From positions 32,001 to 96,000 of the forward strand of contig JACPJC010000006.1 in NCBI GenBank assembly GCA_016187745.1: a stretch of DNA of 64,000 nucleotides, in the 5' to 3' direction. A model generated the notes under the pieces. It worked only from the letters and a program-made list of their open reading frames with translations. It searched no databases and was not told the DNA's origin. The position numbers were made by a program, and so were the translations under genes. Positions 45,814 through 55,910 of this stretch are shown here, one piece after another. The DNA comes from Candidatus Iainarchaeum sp. (GTDB lineage Archaea; Iainarchaeota; Iainarchaeia; Iainarchaeales; JAXPJC01). Positions within the stretch are counted from its first letter, which is position 1. Each line of letters starts with the position of its first letter.

Positions 45814-46806
45814 ATGATTGCCCTTGGGATTGAAAGCACTGCGCATACGTTCGGCTGCGGGATTGTTTCTGATTCCGGCGGAAAATGCAATATCCTCGCA
45901 AACGAGAAGTCCGCCTACACTACACAATCCGGGGGAATACATCCGAAGGAAGCGATGGAGCACCATCTGAAAAATGCAAAAAGCGTAATTGAAAATGCAT
46001 TGCGCACTGCAAAAACTGATTGGAATGGAATTGATTTAATTTCCTTTTCCCAGGGTCCGGGCCTTGGACCCTGCCTGCGAGTTGGCGCAATTGCCGCGCG
46101 CGCTCTTGCGCTCAGATACAAAAAGCCCTTGCTGGGAGTTAATCACTGCATTGCGCATATTGAAATAGGAAAGGCGCTTACGCAGGCAAAAAACCCGATA
46201 ATCGTTTATGTTTCGGGCGCAAACACACAAATTACTGGCTATGAATCAGGGTGCTACAGGATTTATGGGGAAACCCTTGACATTGGCGTTGGGAACCTTC
46301 TTGATGTTTTTGGAAGGGCGCTTGGGATTGGATTTCCTGCAGGCCCGCAATTGGATAAGATGTATTTTGAATCTCAGAACTATATTGCGTTTCCATACAC
46401 GGTAAAGGGGATGGATTTGACTTTTTCAGGGCTGCTTACGGCTGCTGAAAATAAGGCAAAATCAAAGCAGTATGGAAATGCGGATCTTGCTTATTCCCTG
46501 CTGCACACTGCTTTTGCAATGGTAACAGAAGTGGCTGAAAGGGCGCTTGCGCATACTGAGAAAAATGAAATTCTTCTTACAGGGGGAGTTGCTGCAAGCC
46601 GCGCGCTTCAGCAAATGATGCAGAAGATGTGCGATGCGAGGAATGCAAAAATGTTTGTTCCGCCTGCATCAGTGGCAACGGACAATGCAGCAATGATTGC
46701 ATGGCTTGGCTTGATTGAGCATAAGGCAGGCATCAAACAAAAAATTGGGGATACAAAAATCCTCCCTATGCAGCGCACGGACCAGGTGGAAGTGAAGTGG
46801 GCCTGA
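45814..46806 (+). CDS. kae1: KEOPS complex t6A synthase Kae1
   Basis: LGIESTAHT, GGIHP, GPGLGPCL, NHCIAHIE, GETLD, DNAAMIA, RTDQV. Confidence 0.96.
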   Translation: MIALGIESTAHTFGCGIVSDSGGKCNILANEKSAYTTQSGGIHPKEAMEHHLKNAKSVIENALRTAKTDWNGIDLISFSQGPGLGPCLRVGAIAARALALRYKKPLLGVNHCIAHIEIGKALTQAKNPIIVYVSGANTQITGYESGCYRIYGETLDIGVGNLLDVFGRALGIGFPAGPQLDKMYFESQNYIAFPYTVKGMDLTFSGLLTAAENKAKSKQYGNADLAYSLLHTAFAMVTEVAERALAHTEKNEILLTGGVAASRALQQMMQKMCDARNAKMFVPPASVATDNAAMIAWLGLIEHKAGIKQKIGDTKILPMQRTDQVEVKWA

Positions 46807-46807
46807 A

Positions 46808-47299
46808 TCATTCCCTGAATTTCTTCTTCAGCGCAAGTGCCACATTCTTCGGCACTAAATTGCCGAATTTCCCGCGCAGGTGCGCCAGTTCCTTTATGAG
46901 CGTGGAATTTAAATAGAAGTATTCCGGGGAGGTCATTATGAAAACTGTTTCAATCCCGTTGTTTGCTAATTTGCGGTTCACAATCGCCTGCTGGAACTCA
47001 TATTCAAAATCCGAAATGGCGCGCAGCCCCCTGATTATGATTTTCGCGTTTTTCCTTTTTAAGTAATCCACAAGCAGCCCGGAAAATGAATCCACTTCGG
47101 CATTGCTTATTTTTCCCGTGGCATCCTTCGCCATTTTCAGCCTTTCATCCTTCGAGAAGAAGCAGTGCTTTTTTTGGGGGTTGTCTACGACTGCAATTAT
47201 TACCTTGTCAAAAAGCGCAAGCGAACGCTTAATCACGTCCATATGGCCCAGCGTTATTGGGTCAAATGTTCCGGGATAGACCGCAATCCTTTCCTTCAT
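46808..47299 (-). CDS. coaD: phosphopantetheine adenylyltransferase, bacterial type
   Basis: YPGTFDPITLGH, IIRGLRAISDFEYE, NSTLIKE. Confidence 0.95.
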   Translation of the reverse strand: MKERIAVYPGTFDPITLGHMDVIKRSLALFDKVIIAVVDNPQKKHCFFSKDERLKMAKDATGKISNAEVDSFSGLLVDYLKRKNAKIIIRGLRAISDFEYEFQQAIVNRKLANNGIETVFIMTSPEYFYLNSTLIKELAHLRGKFGNLVPKNVALALKKKFRE

Positions 47300-47886
47300 T
47301 TCATTCCCCCTATGATTGCCGCCAGTGCCTTTGCCTGTTCTTTTGTTCTTTCCAGGGCCCCATCATTATCTATTACACAATCAGCCATTTTAATCTTTTC
47401 ATTAAGCGGCATTTGCGAGGAAATGCGCGCAAGCGCTTCTTTCCTGCTAAAGCCCTTGCGCATCAGCCTTTTTATTTGGGTTTCCCTGCCTGCATTCACT
47501 ACAACAACCAAATCGCACAAATCCTGCAATTTTGCTTCCAAGAGAAGCGGGGCATCAATAATTGCAATTTCTGATTTTGAATTTTTTATCCGCTTTTTGA
47601 TTTCCGCAATTACAAAGGGATGCACTGCGGAATTTAATTTTTTAAGCGCAGTTTTATTTTTGAAAACAATCGCTGAAAGTTTTTGGCTGTTAATGGCCTT
47701 GTTTTTGTTCAGGATTTCTGCGCCGAATATCCTTGCGATCTTCTTATATGCCGGCTTGCCGATGCGCATTTCCCCTTTTGCAATTTTATCAGCATCCAAA
47801 ATTGCCGCATGCGCATATTTGGACAGCATTCTTGCAACAGTTGTCTTGCCGCAGGCGATTCCGGAGGTCAGGCCGATGACAAGCAT
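47296..47886 (-). CDS. coaE: dephospho-CoA kinase, bacterial type
   Basis: IGLTSGIACGKTT, DADKIA, L...VHP, DAPLLLE, RI.SQM. Confidence 0.93.
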   Translation of the reverse strand: MLVIGLTSGIACGKTTVARMLSKYAHAAILDADKIAKGEMRIGKPAYKKIARIFGAEILNKNKAINSQKLSAIVFKNKTALKKLNSAVHPFVIAEIKKRIKNSKSEIAIIDAPLLLEAKLQDLCDLVVVVNAGRETQIKRLMRKGFSRKEALARISSQMPLNEKIKMADCVIDNDGALERTKEQAKALAAIIGGMK

Positions 47887-47892
47887 TTGCGC

Positions 47893-49014
47893 TCAGCGCC
47901 CGTAGGTCTTTTTCTTATAGCTCCACTTGCTCTTTCCGAGCGCTTCCTTTTCAAGCTTTCTCATTGCACCTTGAACAGCAGAAAGCAGATTCCAGTCCGC
48001 ATCTGTCGCAACAAGCGTGAGCCCGGGGGCGGAGAAATGCGCATGCACCTCGTATTTTGTCCTGCCGAACTGCGCTGAATATTCCTTGAACTGGATGTTC
48101 AATGAAAGGATGCTCTGCACAACCCTCTGCAGCTTGTCATAGGCTTCATTCACTGAATTGTTGAGCGTGTGCATATCTATCTCGTCAATTTTTGGCATGC
48201 TTATGAATTGAATATTGCGCTTTTCCTGCTTCTGCGCAGCGGCCTGCTTGAGCAAATCCCTTATTGTTATTATCCCGACGGGCCTGTCATTTTCAACAAG
48301 CACAATATCGGGCAGGGAATGCTGCTCCATGAGCTGCATTATCCTTGAGAGGCTGTCCTTTTTTCCTGCTGTAACGACAACATCGGACATTTCGCCAGCA
48401 ATCGGCAGGTCAAGCATGCTTGCGTGCTCCGGGGAAAAGCTTGAGGAAGCCGACCTTCCCCTTGAAACTGAAGCGCCCTTCCTGTTGACGGGCTTAAGGA
48501 GATATTTTTCCACAATATCGCGGAAGCTTAAAATTCCGGAAAGCCTGCCTTTTGTGCTCATTGCCTTCGCAATTGTGTCCCTTTCATTAAGCAGAATCGG
48601 ATTCAGCGTTGCAATCTGCTGCGCCTGCATATTCGCAATTTCATTCACTGCGCGCAATTCATTAATTACATCAAGCGCATGCACCACCCCTATTACTCTG
48701 CCATCCTTCGCAACAGGAAGCATGCGCGTTTCAGAAGTGAGCATCAGCTTTACAATCCTTTCAATGCCATCGCTTTCAGAAAGCGCAGGGCATTTTTCTA
48801 TTACTTTCTGTATTTTCATTTTTGCAACATCAATTTTTGTCTTAAAAAGCCTGCGCTTTGTGACTATCCCGCAGTAGGTTCCATCAGATACAACAGCGCC
48901 TTCGGCTTTGCTCTCCTTCATTTTTCCTATGAGCTTTGAAATCGGCGCATCCTCCGAAAGGTTTATGAAATCGTTTTTCATCAGATTTGCGGCAGTAATA
49001 TTATTAAACGCCAT
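47893..49014 (-). CDS. four-CBS-domain protein with C-terminal HPF/RaiA-like domain (HibA-like hibernation factor)
   Basis: CBS motifs, then KYEVHAHF...LVATDADWNLLSAVQGAMRKLEKE resembling the HPF C-terminal helix. Confidence 0.7.
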   Translation of the reverse strand: MAFNNITAANLMKNDFINLSEDAPISKLIGKMKESKAEGAVVSDGTYCGIVTKRRLFKTKIDVAKMKIQKVIEKCPALSESDGIERIVKLMLTSETRMLPVAKDGRVIGVVHALDVINELRAVNEIANMQAQQIATLNPILLNERDTIAKAMSTKGRLSGILSFRDIVEKYLLKPVNRKGASVSRGRSASSSFSPEHASMLDLPIAGEMSDVVVTAGKKDSLSRIMQLMEQHSLPDIVLVENDRPVGIITIRDLLKQAAAQKQEKRNIQFISMPKIDEIDMHTLNNSVNEAYDKLQRVVQSILSLNIQFKEYSAQFGRTKYEVHAHFSAPGLTLVATDADWNLLSAVQGAMRKLEKEALGKSKWSYKKKTYGR

Positions 49015-49102
49015 TCTCCCACCTCCCAACTCCATTGCACTCCATATAATAGAAAAGAATGTAATTTAAGGTTTTGGTTCAACAATTGTTTTAAGAACTT
49101 AT

Positions 49103-49678
49103 ATGCAGATAAAAGCAGCAAACAAGCCTATTGCAAGGCATTTAATAACGCATGCAGCGGATTGGGCAAAAGGAGATATGTATAATCGCGGCCGCCTGCA
49201 AAGGCTGAAAAAAATAATGAAGTTCGGAAAGCCCTACATAAACAGCTTCCCTGAGAGAGAAATCAAGAATCTCAAAATGGGCATAGTCAGGGGCGGCGCT
49301 GAATCGCCTGTTGGAATAGGGATTTCTTATCCTTCCGGCAGATTTATCGCAAAATTGCTTATGGGCTTTGGAAAAGAAACCTTCACTATATATGCTGTTA
49401 AAGGAGAGCAAAATGCAGAGGAAATGCGCGCTGCTGTCGGAACGCTGGGAAAGCCATGGGGGGAACTCTTAATGGAAGAAGCATTAAAACATGCGAAGGC
49501 ATTGGGACTTAAAAGGGCAGAACTTCTTGACCCCCTGCACAACCCCGAAATACATTGGAGCTGGCTGGATAAAAAACAGAAAGATGCACTAATAAACTTT
49601 TACAGCAAATTGAGGGATAAGTTTGATTTCAAAGAGGCAAAGGGTTCACCGTACTGGACCAAATCATTGGCTGATTGA
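49103..49678 (+). CDS. orphan protein, divergent GNAT-like C-terminal half
   Basis: WGELLMEEALKHAKALGLKRAEL...FYSK...F pattern. Confidence 0.5.
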   Translation: MQIKAANKPIARHLITHAADWAKGDMYNRGRLQRLKKIMKFGKPYINSFPEREIKNLKMGIVRGGAESPVGIGISYPSGRFIAKLLMGFGKETFTIYAVKGEQNAEEMRAAVGTLGKPWGELLMEEALKHAKALGLKRAELLDPLHNPEIHWSWLDKKQKDALINFYSKLRDKFDFKEAKGSPYWTKSLAD

Positions 49679-50326
49679 TTATTGCCCAGGCTTGTAAGCG
49701 GCCTTTTTGCACACGGCATTGAACCTGCACGCAGCGCACTTCCATTTCTCATCCGCCGCGGAGAAATCAGCATTTCCCGAGAAGAGCGCATGCATGCGCG
49801 AAATAAGCCCCTCAGCTGCAAGCTTTGCGTCCTCATTGAACCGCTCCGCGAAAACGAATTTCTGAGATTCTGAATTCTGGACCGCATTGCAGATTTCCCC
49901 TTCCCATCTGTAGGCATCGGAAAAGCACAGGCAATATGCGCGCAGCTGGTTTATGTCTGCAGCCTTTGCGCTCAGGGAGGGCTTGTTGTCTATTATGAGG
50001 GCGCGCTCCCTGAACAGCTGGATTTCATCAATTTTTCCGGTTAGCCTGTATTTTTCGGATTTTAGTGAAAACTCGCGCATGCTGAAGGGCTCAATTTCCC
50101 CGCGGAGCAACTTATTTATGTGAGTTTCAATAGGCTCCTCTATCGGGGCTGCCTTTTCCCTGAAAGCCTGCTCAAGCTCCGCGTGCTTCTGCAGGCCTGA
50201 AAGCATTTCTTTTGTCGCCGGCAATTTTATGCGCAGGACATGCTGAAGGTAAAGCTGATACTCGCAGAAATCCTGCGTGTGAAGCCAGCTTATGGGGATT
50301 AAATCGCGCTTTATGAGCTCAAACAT
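49679..50326 (-). CDS. solo Cas4-like PD-(D/E)XK nuclease with Fe-S cysteines
   Basis: FCEYQ, H, GKIDE, IIDNK, QLRAY, CAACRFNAVC. Confidence 0.8.
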   Translation of the reverse strand: MFELIKRDLIPISWLHTQDFCEYQLYLQHVLRIKLPATKEMLSGLQKHAELEQAFREKAAPIEEPIETHINKLLRGEIEPFSMREFSLKSEKYRLTGKIDEIQLFRERALIIDNKPSLSAKAADINQLRAYCLCFSDAYRWEGEICNAVQNSESQKFVFAERFNEDAKLAAEGLISRMHALFSGNADFSAADEKWKCAACRFNAVCKKAAYKPGQ

Positions 50327-50381
50327 GTAAGAATTGGGGAAAATCCGTTTATATTGATTTGGATAGCAGACCGCCGCTGAA

Positions 50382-51713
50382 TTATCTGTTAATTATCCTA
50401 TAAATCGGATATCCAAGCGCAACGACAACCAGCCCGAAAATTATTATCGGGATGTCATAGCCCAATATGTGCACAACCTCAATGAACTGGAAGAGCATGA
50501 AGAAGCAGAAGAGCGCTCCCAAAAAGGAAAGCACTGGGAATTTTCCAATGCTGATTGGCGCTTTAAAGGTGCGCTTTGCATTGGGCTTGGAATAGCGGAG
50601 CAGGACAACTGCTGCATTCACCGCAAGGAATACCACAAAAACCCCGAAATCAGTAATGGAGGCGACAACGCCGATTTTCCCAAGGAGCGTGAAAAGCATT
50701 GCAAAAACAGCGCTCAGCGCAATAGCAATATGCGGAGTCTTTCTCCCGTCATGGACTTTTGCAAGCCATTTTGGAAGGGAACTTTCGGAAGCCATCCCAT
50801 AGAGCATGCGGCTAGTTACAATAAGCAGAATCAGCACCGTGTTTGCTGTTGCAAACAATGCCATTACCGCAAGCAGGAAGTAGGCGGAACCCCCGAATGA
50901 TTTTTCAGCAACCGTTGCTAAGGGGGCATTACTCTGGGAAAGCTCATTCCAGGGAACAGCGCTTACTGCGGCAATGGAAACAAGGATGTAAATTACAGTG
51001 CTTATTGCAAGCGCAATCAGCAGGGCTTTGGGAATTGTTTTCTTTGCGTTTTTGGTTTCCTCGGACATGTTTGCCATTTCCTCGAAGCCGAGGTATGCGA
51101 AAAATATTATTGCAGTTGCGGCAAGGATTGTGGAGAAGAACTCAAGGCTGAAGGGAAGCGCGTTTCCCGGAACCTCAAGATAATTCACATTTCCGAAGAA
51201 TGAAACCCCCAGTGCAATTATTATCAGCAGGCCTAGCATCTCAACTGCTGTTGCAACAATGTTGAATCTTGCTGATTCCTTTATTCCCCAGAAATTCAGG
51301 AGGGAAAGAACGGCAATAAGTGCAAGCGCATTCAGTATTTGGGGAGTTCCAAAAATAGCCTGGAAGTAGCCCCCGAAGCCCAGCGCAACCGTGGAAACCG
51401 AAACAATTCCCGTAACAATTCCGACCCAACCGATAATGAATGCGAGGGACTTTTTCCTTGTGGCCTCCTTCACATAAACAAATTCTGCCGCCTCCTTTGA
51501 AAACATTCCTGAAAGCTCGGCATAGCTGAAGGCCGTAAAGCTGGCAATTATTGCTGCAACTACAAAAGAAAGCCAGATTGCATTGCCCGCAATCCCTGCT
51601 GCGTGCCCTATGAGCGCATAAATCCCTGCGCCCAGAATAATGCCTACCCCATAAGCAGTAGCCTCAAACAGGCCCAATGCCTTCTTCAGCTTTACTTCCT
51701 TTTTGAGCTTCAT
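50382..51713 (-). CDS. APC family amino acid permease
   Basis: G.ILGAGIY, FAYLGFE, EE.KN, SRMLYGMA, TPH.AI. Confidence 0.93.
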   Translation of the reverse strand: MKLKKEVKLKKALGLFEATAYGVGIILGAGIYALIGHAAGIAGNAIWLSFVVAAIIASFTAFSYAELSGMFSKEAAEFVYVKEATRKKSLAFIIGWVGIVTGIVSVSTVALGFGGYFQAIFGTPQILNALALIAVLSLLNFWGIKESARFNIVATAVEMLGLLIIIALGVSFFGNVNYLEVPGNALPFSLEFFSTILAATAIIFFAYLGFEEMANMSEETKNAKKTIPKALLIALAISTVIYILVSIAAVSAVPWNELSQSNAPLATVAEKSFGGSAYFLLAVMALFATANTVLILLIVTSRMLYGMASESSLPKWLAKVHDGRKTPHIAIALSAVFAMLFTLLGKIGVVASITDFGVFVVFLAVNAAVVLLRYSKPNAKRTFKAPISIGKFPVLSFLGALFCFFMLFQFIEVVHILGYDIPIIIFGLVVVALGYPIYRIINR

Positions 51714-51718
51714 TCAAA

Positions 51719-52081
51719 TCAGCGCTTTTTCTTTTTTCTGCTCTTTTTAACCGCGCCTTTTATTCCGGAGCGCTTCTGCTTGAGGAGCTCAGTGAAATGC
51801 GCTATGCGGTTGTATGTGTAGATTATTGCAACAACAAGCACGGCAAAGCCTGCATATTCAAGGATGCTTGGAATTCCCTTCGGGAGAAGGTTTATTTCAG
51901 GGTCAAAATAGACTATTATTGCCGCAACAAGCACAAAAACAAGCGCGAGTTCAACAGCAGCAAGAAGCACAACGCTCTTGTCCTCTTTCACATGGCGCAG
52001 CTTTGATTTCGCGCCTTCAATCGCATATTCGGTTCCCTTTCCGCCCAGGGATTCCTTAAGCGCCCTTAATTTCCTTCCCAT
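51719..52081 (-). CDS. two-TM hypothetical membrane protein
   Basis: Two hydrophobic helices, basic tail. Confidence 0.6.
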   Translation of the reverse strand: MGRKLRALKESLGGKGTEYAIEGAKSKLRHVKEDKSVVLLAAVELALVFVLVAAIIVYFDPEINLLPKGIPSILEYAGFAVLVVAIIYTYNRIAHFTELLKQKRSGIKGAVKKSRKKKKR

Positions 52082-52277
52082 GATCTAAATAAATCAACTA
52101 ACTTATAAATAAGGATTTTGGTGGGATTTGGCTTATTTTTGAGCTTTGTACTATTTAGAATTTGTACCAAAATCGCTTTATAAAGCCTCAAATGCTGTTT
52201 AATATAATAACTTCCCAAACACAAGGCCTGGGCGCATGCTCAGGTTTTGTGCACCCTCACAAAAGAATGATGTTTGA

Positions 52278-52317
52278 GAAGAAAGGCCCCGAAGCCTTTC
52301 TTCCATCCTATTTTTTT
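52278..52317 (+). terminator. 10-bp hairpin plus T-tract within a long leader
   Basis: gaagaaaggc-cccgaa-gcctttcttc...ttttttt. Confidence 0.5.
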
Positions 52318-52355
52318 AACATTTCGGTTCAGATAGTTAGCAAGGTGATGAAACA

Positions 52356-52658
52356 ATGGCTCCGTGGGACCCTCTGAAAATGCTGATTGGAAGCGCTGAA
52401 ACCCTTTCCGCGCCGATAATATGGATTGTACTAATACTCTCAATTGCGCTTTTTGCAATATCCTTTTTGGCATACAACAAAAATAAAACCAAAAAGCTCC
52501 TTTTCGTGTGCATTGCATTTTTCCTTTTTGCTGTGAAGTTCGTCCTGATGGCGCTTGATTTGTATGTGAGCCCGGGAAAGTTCTTTTCAGTTCCCATAGG
52601 GAATGTCTTTGACCTTGCAATAATGCTACTTCTGTTTGCTGCAATATTCAGGAAGTAG
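52356..52658 (+). CDS. small three-TM membrane protein
   Basis: S..AY....TKKLLFV..AF.LFA.K pattern; adjacent to a wHTH regulator; AGGTGA SD. Confidence 0.7.
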   Translation: MAPWDPLKMLIGSAETLSAPIIWIVLILSIALFAISFLAYNKNKTKKLLFVCIAFFLFAVKFVLMALDLYVSPGKFFSVPIGNVFDLAIMLLLFAAIFRK

Positions 52659-52669
52659 GTGCATCCGGA

Positions 52670-53284
52670 ATGCAACCTATGCAGCCCGAGGCGCAGGAAA
52701 TTCCTTATTTTGATGAGGCAAAGGAGGCGCTTGCGCTGGGCGTAAGGAATAAAATATACAAGGTTGTCGAGGGTGCCCCTGGATTGCATTTCCGCGAAAT
52801 CCAGAGGCGCACAAACCTTGCAATCGGAAGCCTGCAGTACCATCTGGAGTACCTGCAGAAAAAGCATTTATTGCGCGCAGAGCGCGAGGGGAAATTCGTA
52901 AGATACTATGCAATACGCGCGCCGGATTTGGGCGCCGACACGCAGCTAATGAACCTGCTCAGGCAGCAGAGCATAAGGAGGATTGCACTTTTTTTATTAA
53001 CGCGCAAGCGCGCGAGCAATGCGGCGATTGCCGCTGCAATAGGCGTTTCGCCTTCAACAGCCTCATGGCACATTGATAAGCTCATAAAGACTAATATTGT
53101 CGCAAAAAAGCGCAGGGGGAGAAAATGCTCCTTTTATTTGGTTGAGCCTGACAGAGTAAGGAATCTCATCCTGAATTACAGGAAGAGCTTTTTGGATGAG
53201 CTTGTGGACGGCTTTGCGGAAATCTGGGACCAGATGGAAGTCGCGAATGCCGCAAAGGAAAGCGCAAGGGCGAGGAAGAAATAA
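52670..53284 (+). CDS. double winged-HTH regulator (COG3398-like)
   Basis: PGLHFREIQR...GSLQYHL and second HTH SPSTASWHIDKL. Confidence 0.85.
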   Translation: MQPMQPEAQEIPYFDEAKEALALGVRNKIYKVVEGAPGLHFREIQRRTNLAIGSLQYHLEYLQKKHLLRAEREGKFVRYYAIRAPDLGADTQLMNLLRQQSIRRIALFLLTRKRASNAAIAAAIGVSPSTASWHIDKLIKTNIVAKKRRGRKCSFYLVEPDRVRNLILNYRKSFLDELVDGFAEIWDQMEVANAAKESARARKK

Positions 53285-53320
53285 ATAGTGTTTTATGCCT
53301 TAATGCCGGAAACCGCAAAT

Positions 53321-55182
53321 TTACTTGACGCATGCACCGTCTTCGCAGCTGCCTGCGCACGCAACTAGATCTCCGCCGGTTTTTCCCTCAGAGGTGCAGT
53401 AAAACTCCATAACATTGCTCTTGTCTGGACAATAATCATCCTGGCTTCTATAGCCATCATCAAATGTCCCCGTAACAGTTCCTTTAATCGTAGTTTCTAT
53501 TCCGCCATCTGTGTCTGTGCATGCTTCTTTTAGGCATGCACCATCATTGCAGCCGTTTGCGCAGGGCACCCATGATTCATAAACCGGCGTGCTGTCTTCG
53601 CAATATCCCTCATTCAGGTAACAATTGCTTCCTGAGCAGCTATCTACAAGATAATCCTTTTTTGTAATGTCCAAGCATGTGTCATCGGCGAAAGTCTCCA
53701 GCCCATTGACTATCCCCTTAGCAACCCCTTGTACATAATAGTCCTTTCCGCCGTCGGAGTCTGTGCATGTTGCTTCTGTTACTTTCAGCATTTTTATTTT
53801 AACTGAGGTTGTTTTGTTTGCAGAAACTGACACTTTTTGCCTGGCTTCCAAATAACCCTTCTTTTTTACTGAAACTTCATATGAGCCTGTGGCTAAAGAT
53901 TTGATAGTAACTGGTGTTTTGCCTAGGCTTTCCCATTCGCCAATACCTGAGCTCCTTATATAAGCATCCGCCTTGCTCGGTGTTGAAGTGATTTTCAATT
54001 TGCCAGTGGTAACTGTTTCTTTTTTGAGTTTTGCATGCACCTTTGTAGTCTTATTTGCGGATATTTTTATTGTTTTAATATAGGAAATATAACCTCCCAG
54101 CTCAACTGCAATCTTGTAAGTGCCTACATCAACTTCCATTTCCAGCGGAGTTTTCCCGGGGCTGTTTGTTACATTGAGCCCAACATTAGTTAGCCAGACA
54201 GTTGCACCACTTGGATCAGAAGTTATTTGCAATTTGCCAAATGCTGTAGGCACTGTAGCTGCGCCTGTTGTTTTTGCTGATTTGCCCTTTGTTTTCTTTG
54301 TTGTGGTTGCCTTTGTCAGCTTTGCATGCATGGGGGTTGTTCTGTTTGCCTTAACCACAACGCTCTTGCTGTAATCCTTGTAGCCTTTCTTTTTGACCAG
54401 AACCTTGTGAGTTCCTGTTGTTTGGTCCTTAACCGTCAAGGGGGTCATGCCGGCGTATCTCTCATCAACATAAACATCCGCCTTGCTGGGGCTGGAGGTC
54501 ACTTTTATTTTGCCGTATTCCTGCTTTTTGCAAGCGCCATCATCACATCCGCTGGAGCACACATAATGCACAGAAGAAGTAAAACTTGTGTTGGAGGGGC
54601 AGAAATATTCGCGCAAAGCATCTTCTACAAATTTGCCATCAATTATTGCATCAACACAAGCATCATTAACCTGTGTTGTGTCTACTAATGCCCTGTTGCT
54701 GTCGCTGCCTGCATTTACATCATATTTACTAGTTGTAGTCGTGCCTTTTGCATAGTAATCCTGCCCACCATCGCTTTCCGAGCATTCATAGGCAGTTGAC
54801 CTGTTTGAGTCTGAAGTGTTTGAATCTGCATTTGCATCTGATTTTTGCAGTTCTGCTTTCAGCAAGCTAGTGTTATACGGTATGAAATAATCCGCCGCAT
54901 ATTCGCTTTCATAATCCTTATAGCCAGACATCTTTAATACTAATTTAAATTCAGTTGGGGCTGATGAAATGCCTATTGGCGTTTTTCCATATAGTAGAAT
55001 TCCTTATTTATGCCGAGATTTGTAAAATACACATCTGCCCCGCTTGGATTTGATGTTATATACATATATCCGTTTTCATCGCCATACATCCAGCCATTGC
55101 CGGTATCAAGTGCCTTTGCGTTAGCAGTGGATAAAAACAGGATAAGAAGCGCAAATGCAAAAATAATTTTTGTGGAATTCAT
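53321..55182 (-). pseudogene. secreted PEGA-domain and Cys-module protein split by a 1-nt frameshift near 54988
   Basis: The 55182-54973 ORF has a signal peptide and ITSNPSGA. One extra G gives MGKTPIGISSAPTEFKLVLKMSGYKDY, in frame with 54931-53321. Confidence 0.75.
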
Positions 55183-55259
55183 TCTATCTAATGAATTAAT
55201 GCTTATTCCATATATATATCTTTCTGTTTTGTTAGTTGATTTGGATGTTCGGCAAATGC

Positions 55260-55874
55260 CTATTGCGTGGAGAGCGCCTTTGCAATTCCCATCAGTATTG
55301 CATCAATCAGCGAGAAAAGCGCGGTAATTATGCCTGGATTGTAGGCTGAGAGCAGGACAAATGCAAGCCATATTATGCGGAAGGCAAAGGCGTAATTGAA
55401 AAGGAGCATCAGGCCAAGCAGGAGCACAAGCGGAATAAATACAAAGGGGAATGTAATCAGCCAGAAGATGCGCATTGATGCCTTTTTTCCGCGCAATATT
55501 GCCTTTGAATAGAAATTTATGAGCGTGCTGAAGGAGTTTTTCGCATCCTGCACGCTTGGGAAGGAATAGAGGATAAGCGCGAAGGCGAACCAGTAGTAAA
55601 TAATTACAATAATATTGAATTCCGAAAGCATTGCATTTGCGGCATTGAGGAGCAATATGGCGAAGAAATTCCCCAATACGAACGGCGCAAGCGTAATTAC
55701 TATTGATTGCCAGACATTCGGCTGCTCGTGCGCTACATATGCTTCCTCGGTTCCGAAGAATTTTACTTTCCGGACTTTAACTCCGCAGAAAATGCAGGCG
55801 ATGTAGTGCGAGAGCTCGTGGAATATCATTCCCGGAAAAAATACGTAATGCCAGAATAATTGCCTTGAAGCCAT
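55260..55874 (-). CDS. membrane zinc metalloprotease-like protein (HExxH)
   Basis: PG..FHELSH, LAP, FPS..D. Confidence 0.75.
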   Translation of the reverse strand: MASRQLFWHYVFFPGMIFHELSHYIACIFCGVKVRKVKFFGTEEAYVAHEQPNVWQSIVITLAPFVLGNFFAILLLNAANAMLSEFNIIVIIYYWFAFALILYSFPSVQDAKNSFSTLINFYSKAILRGKKASMRIFWLITFPFVFIPLVLLLGLMLLFNYAFAFRIIWLAFVLLSAYNPGIITALFSLIDAILMGIAKALSTQ

Positions 55875-55910
55875 AATTTAAATTGGGCATTCAAATTTAA
55901 AATGCAGACG

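Noticed and set aside
54973-54975. Stop-codon readthrough or recoding of TAG
   Set aside because: The downstream PEGA sequence is in a different frame, so readthrough cannot join the parts. Other genes use TAA, TAG and TGA as normal stops.
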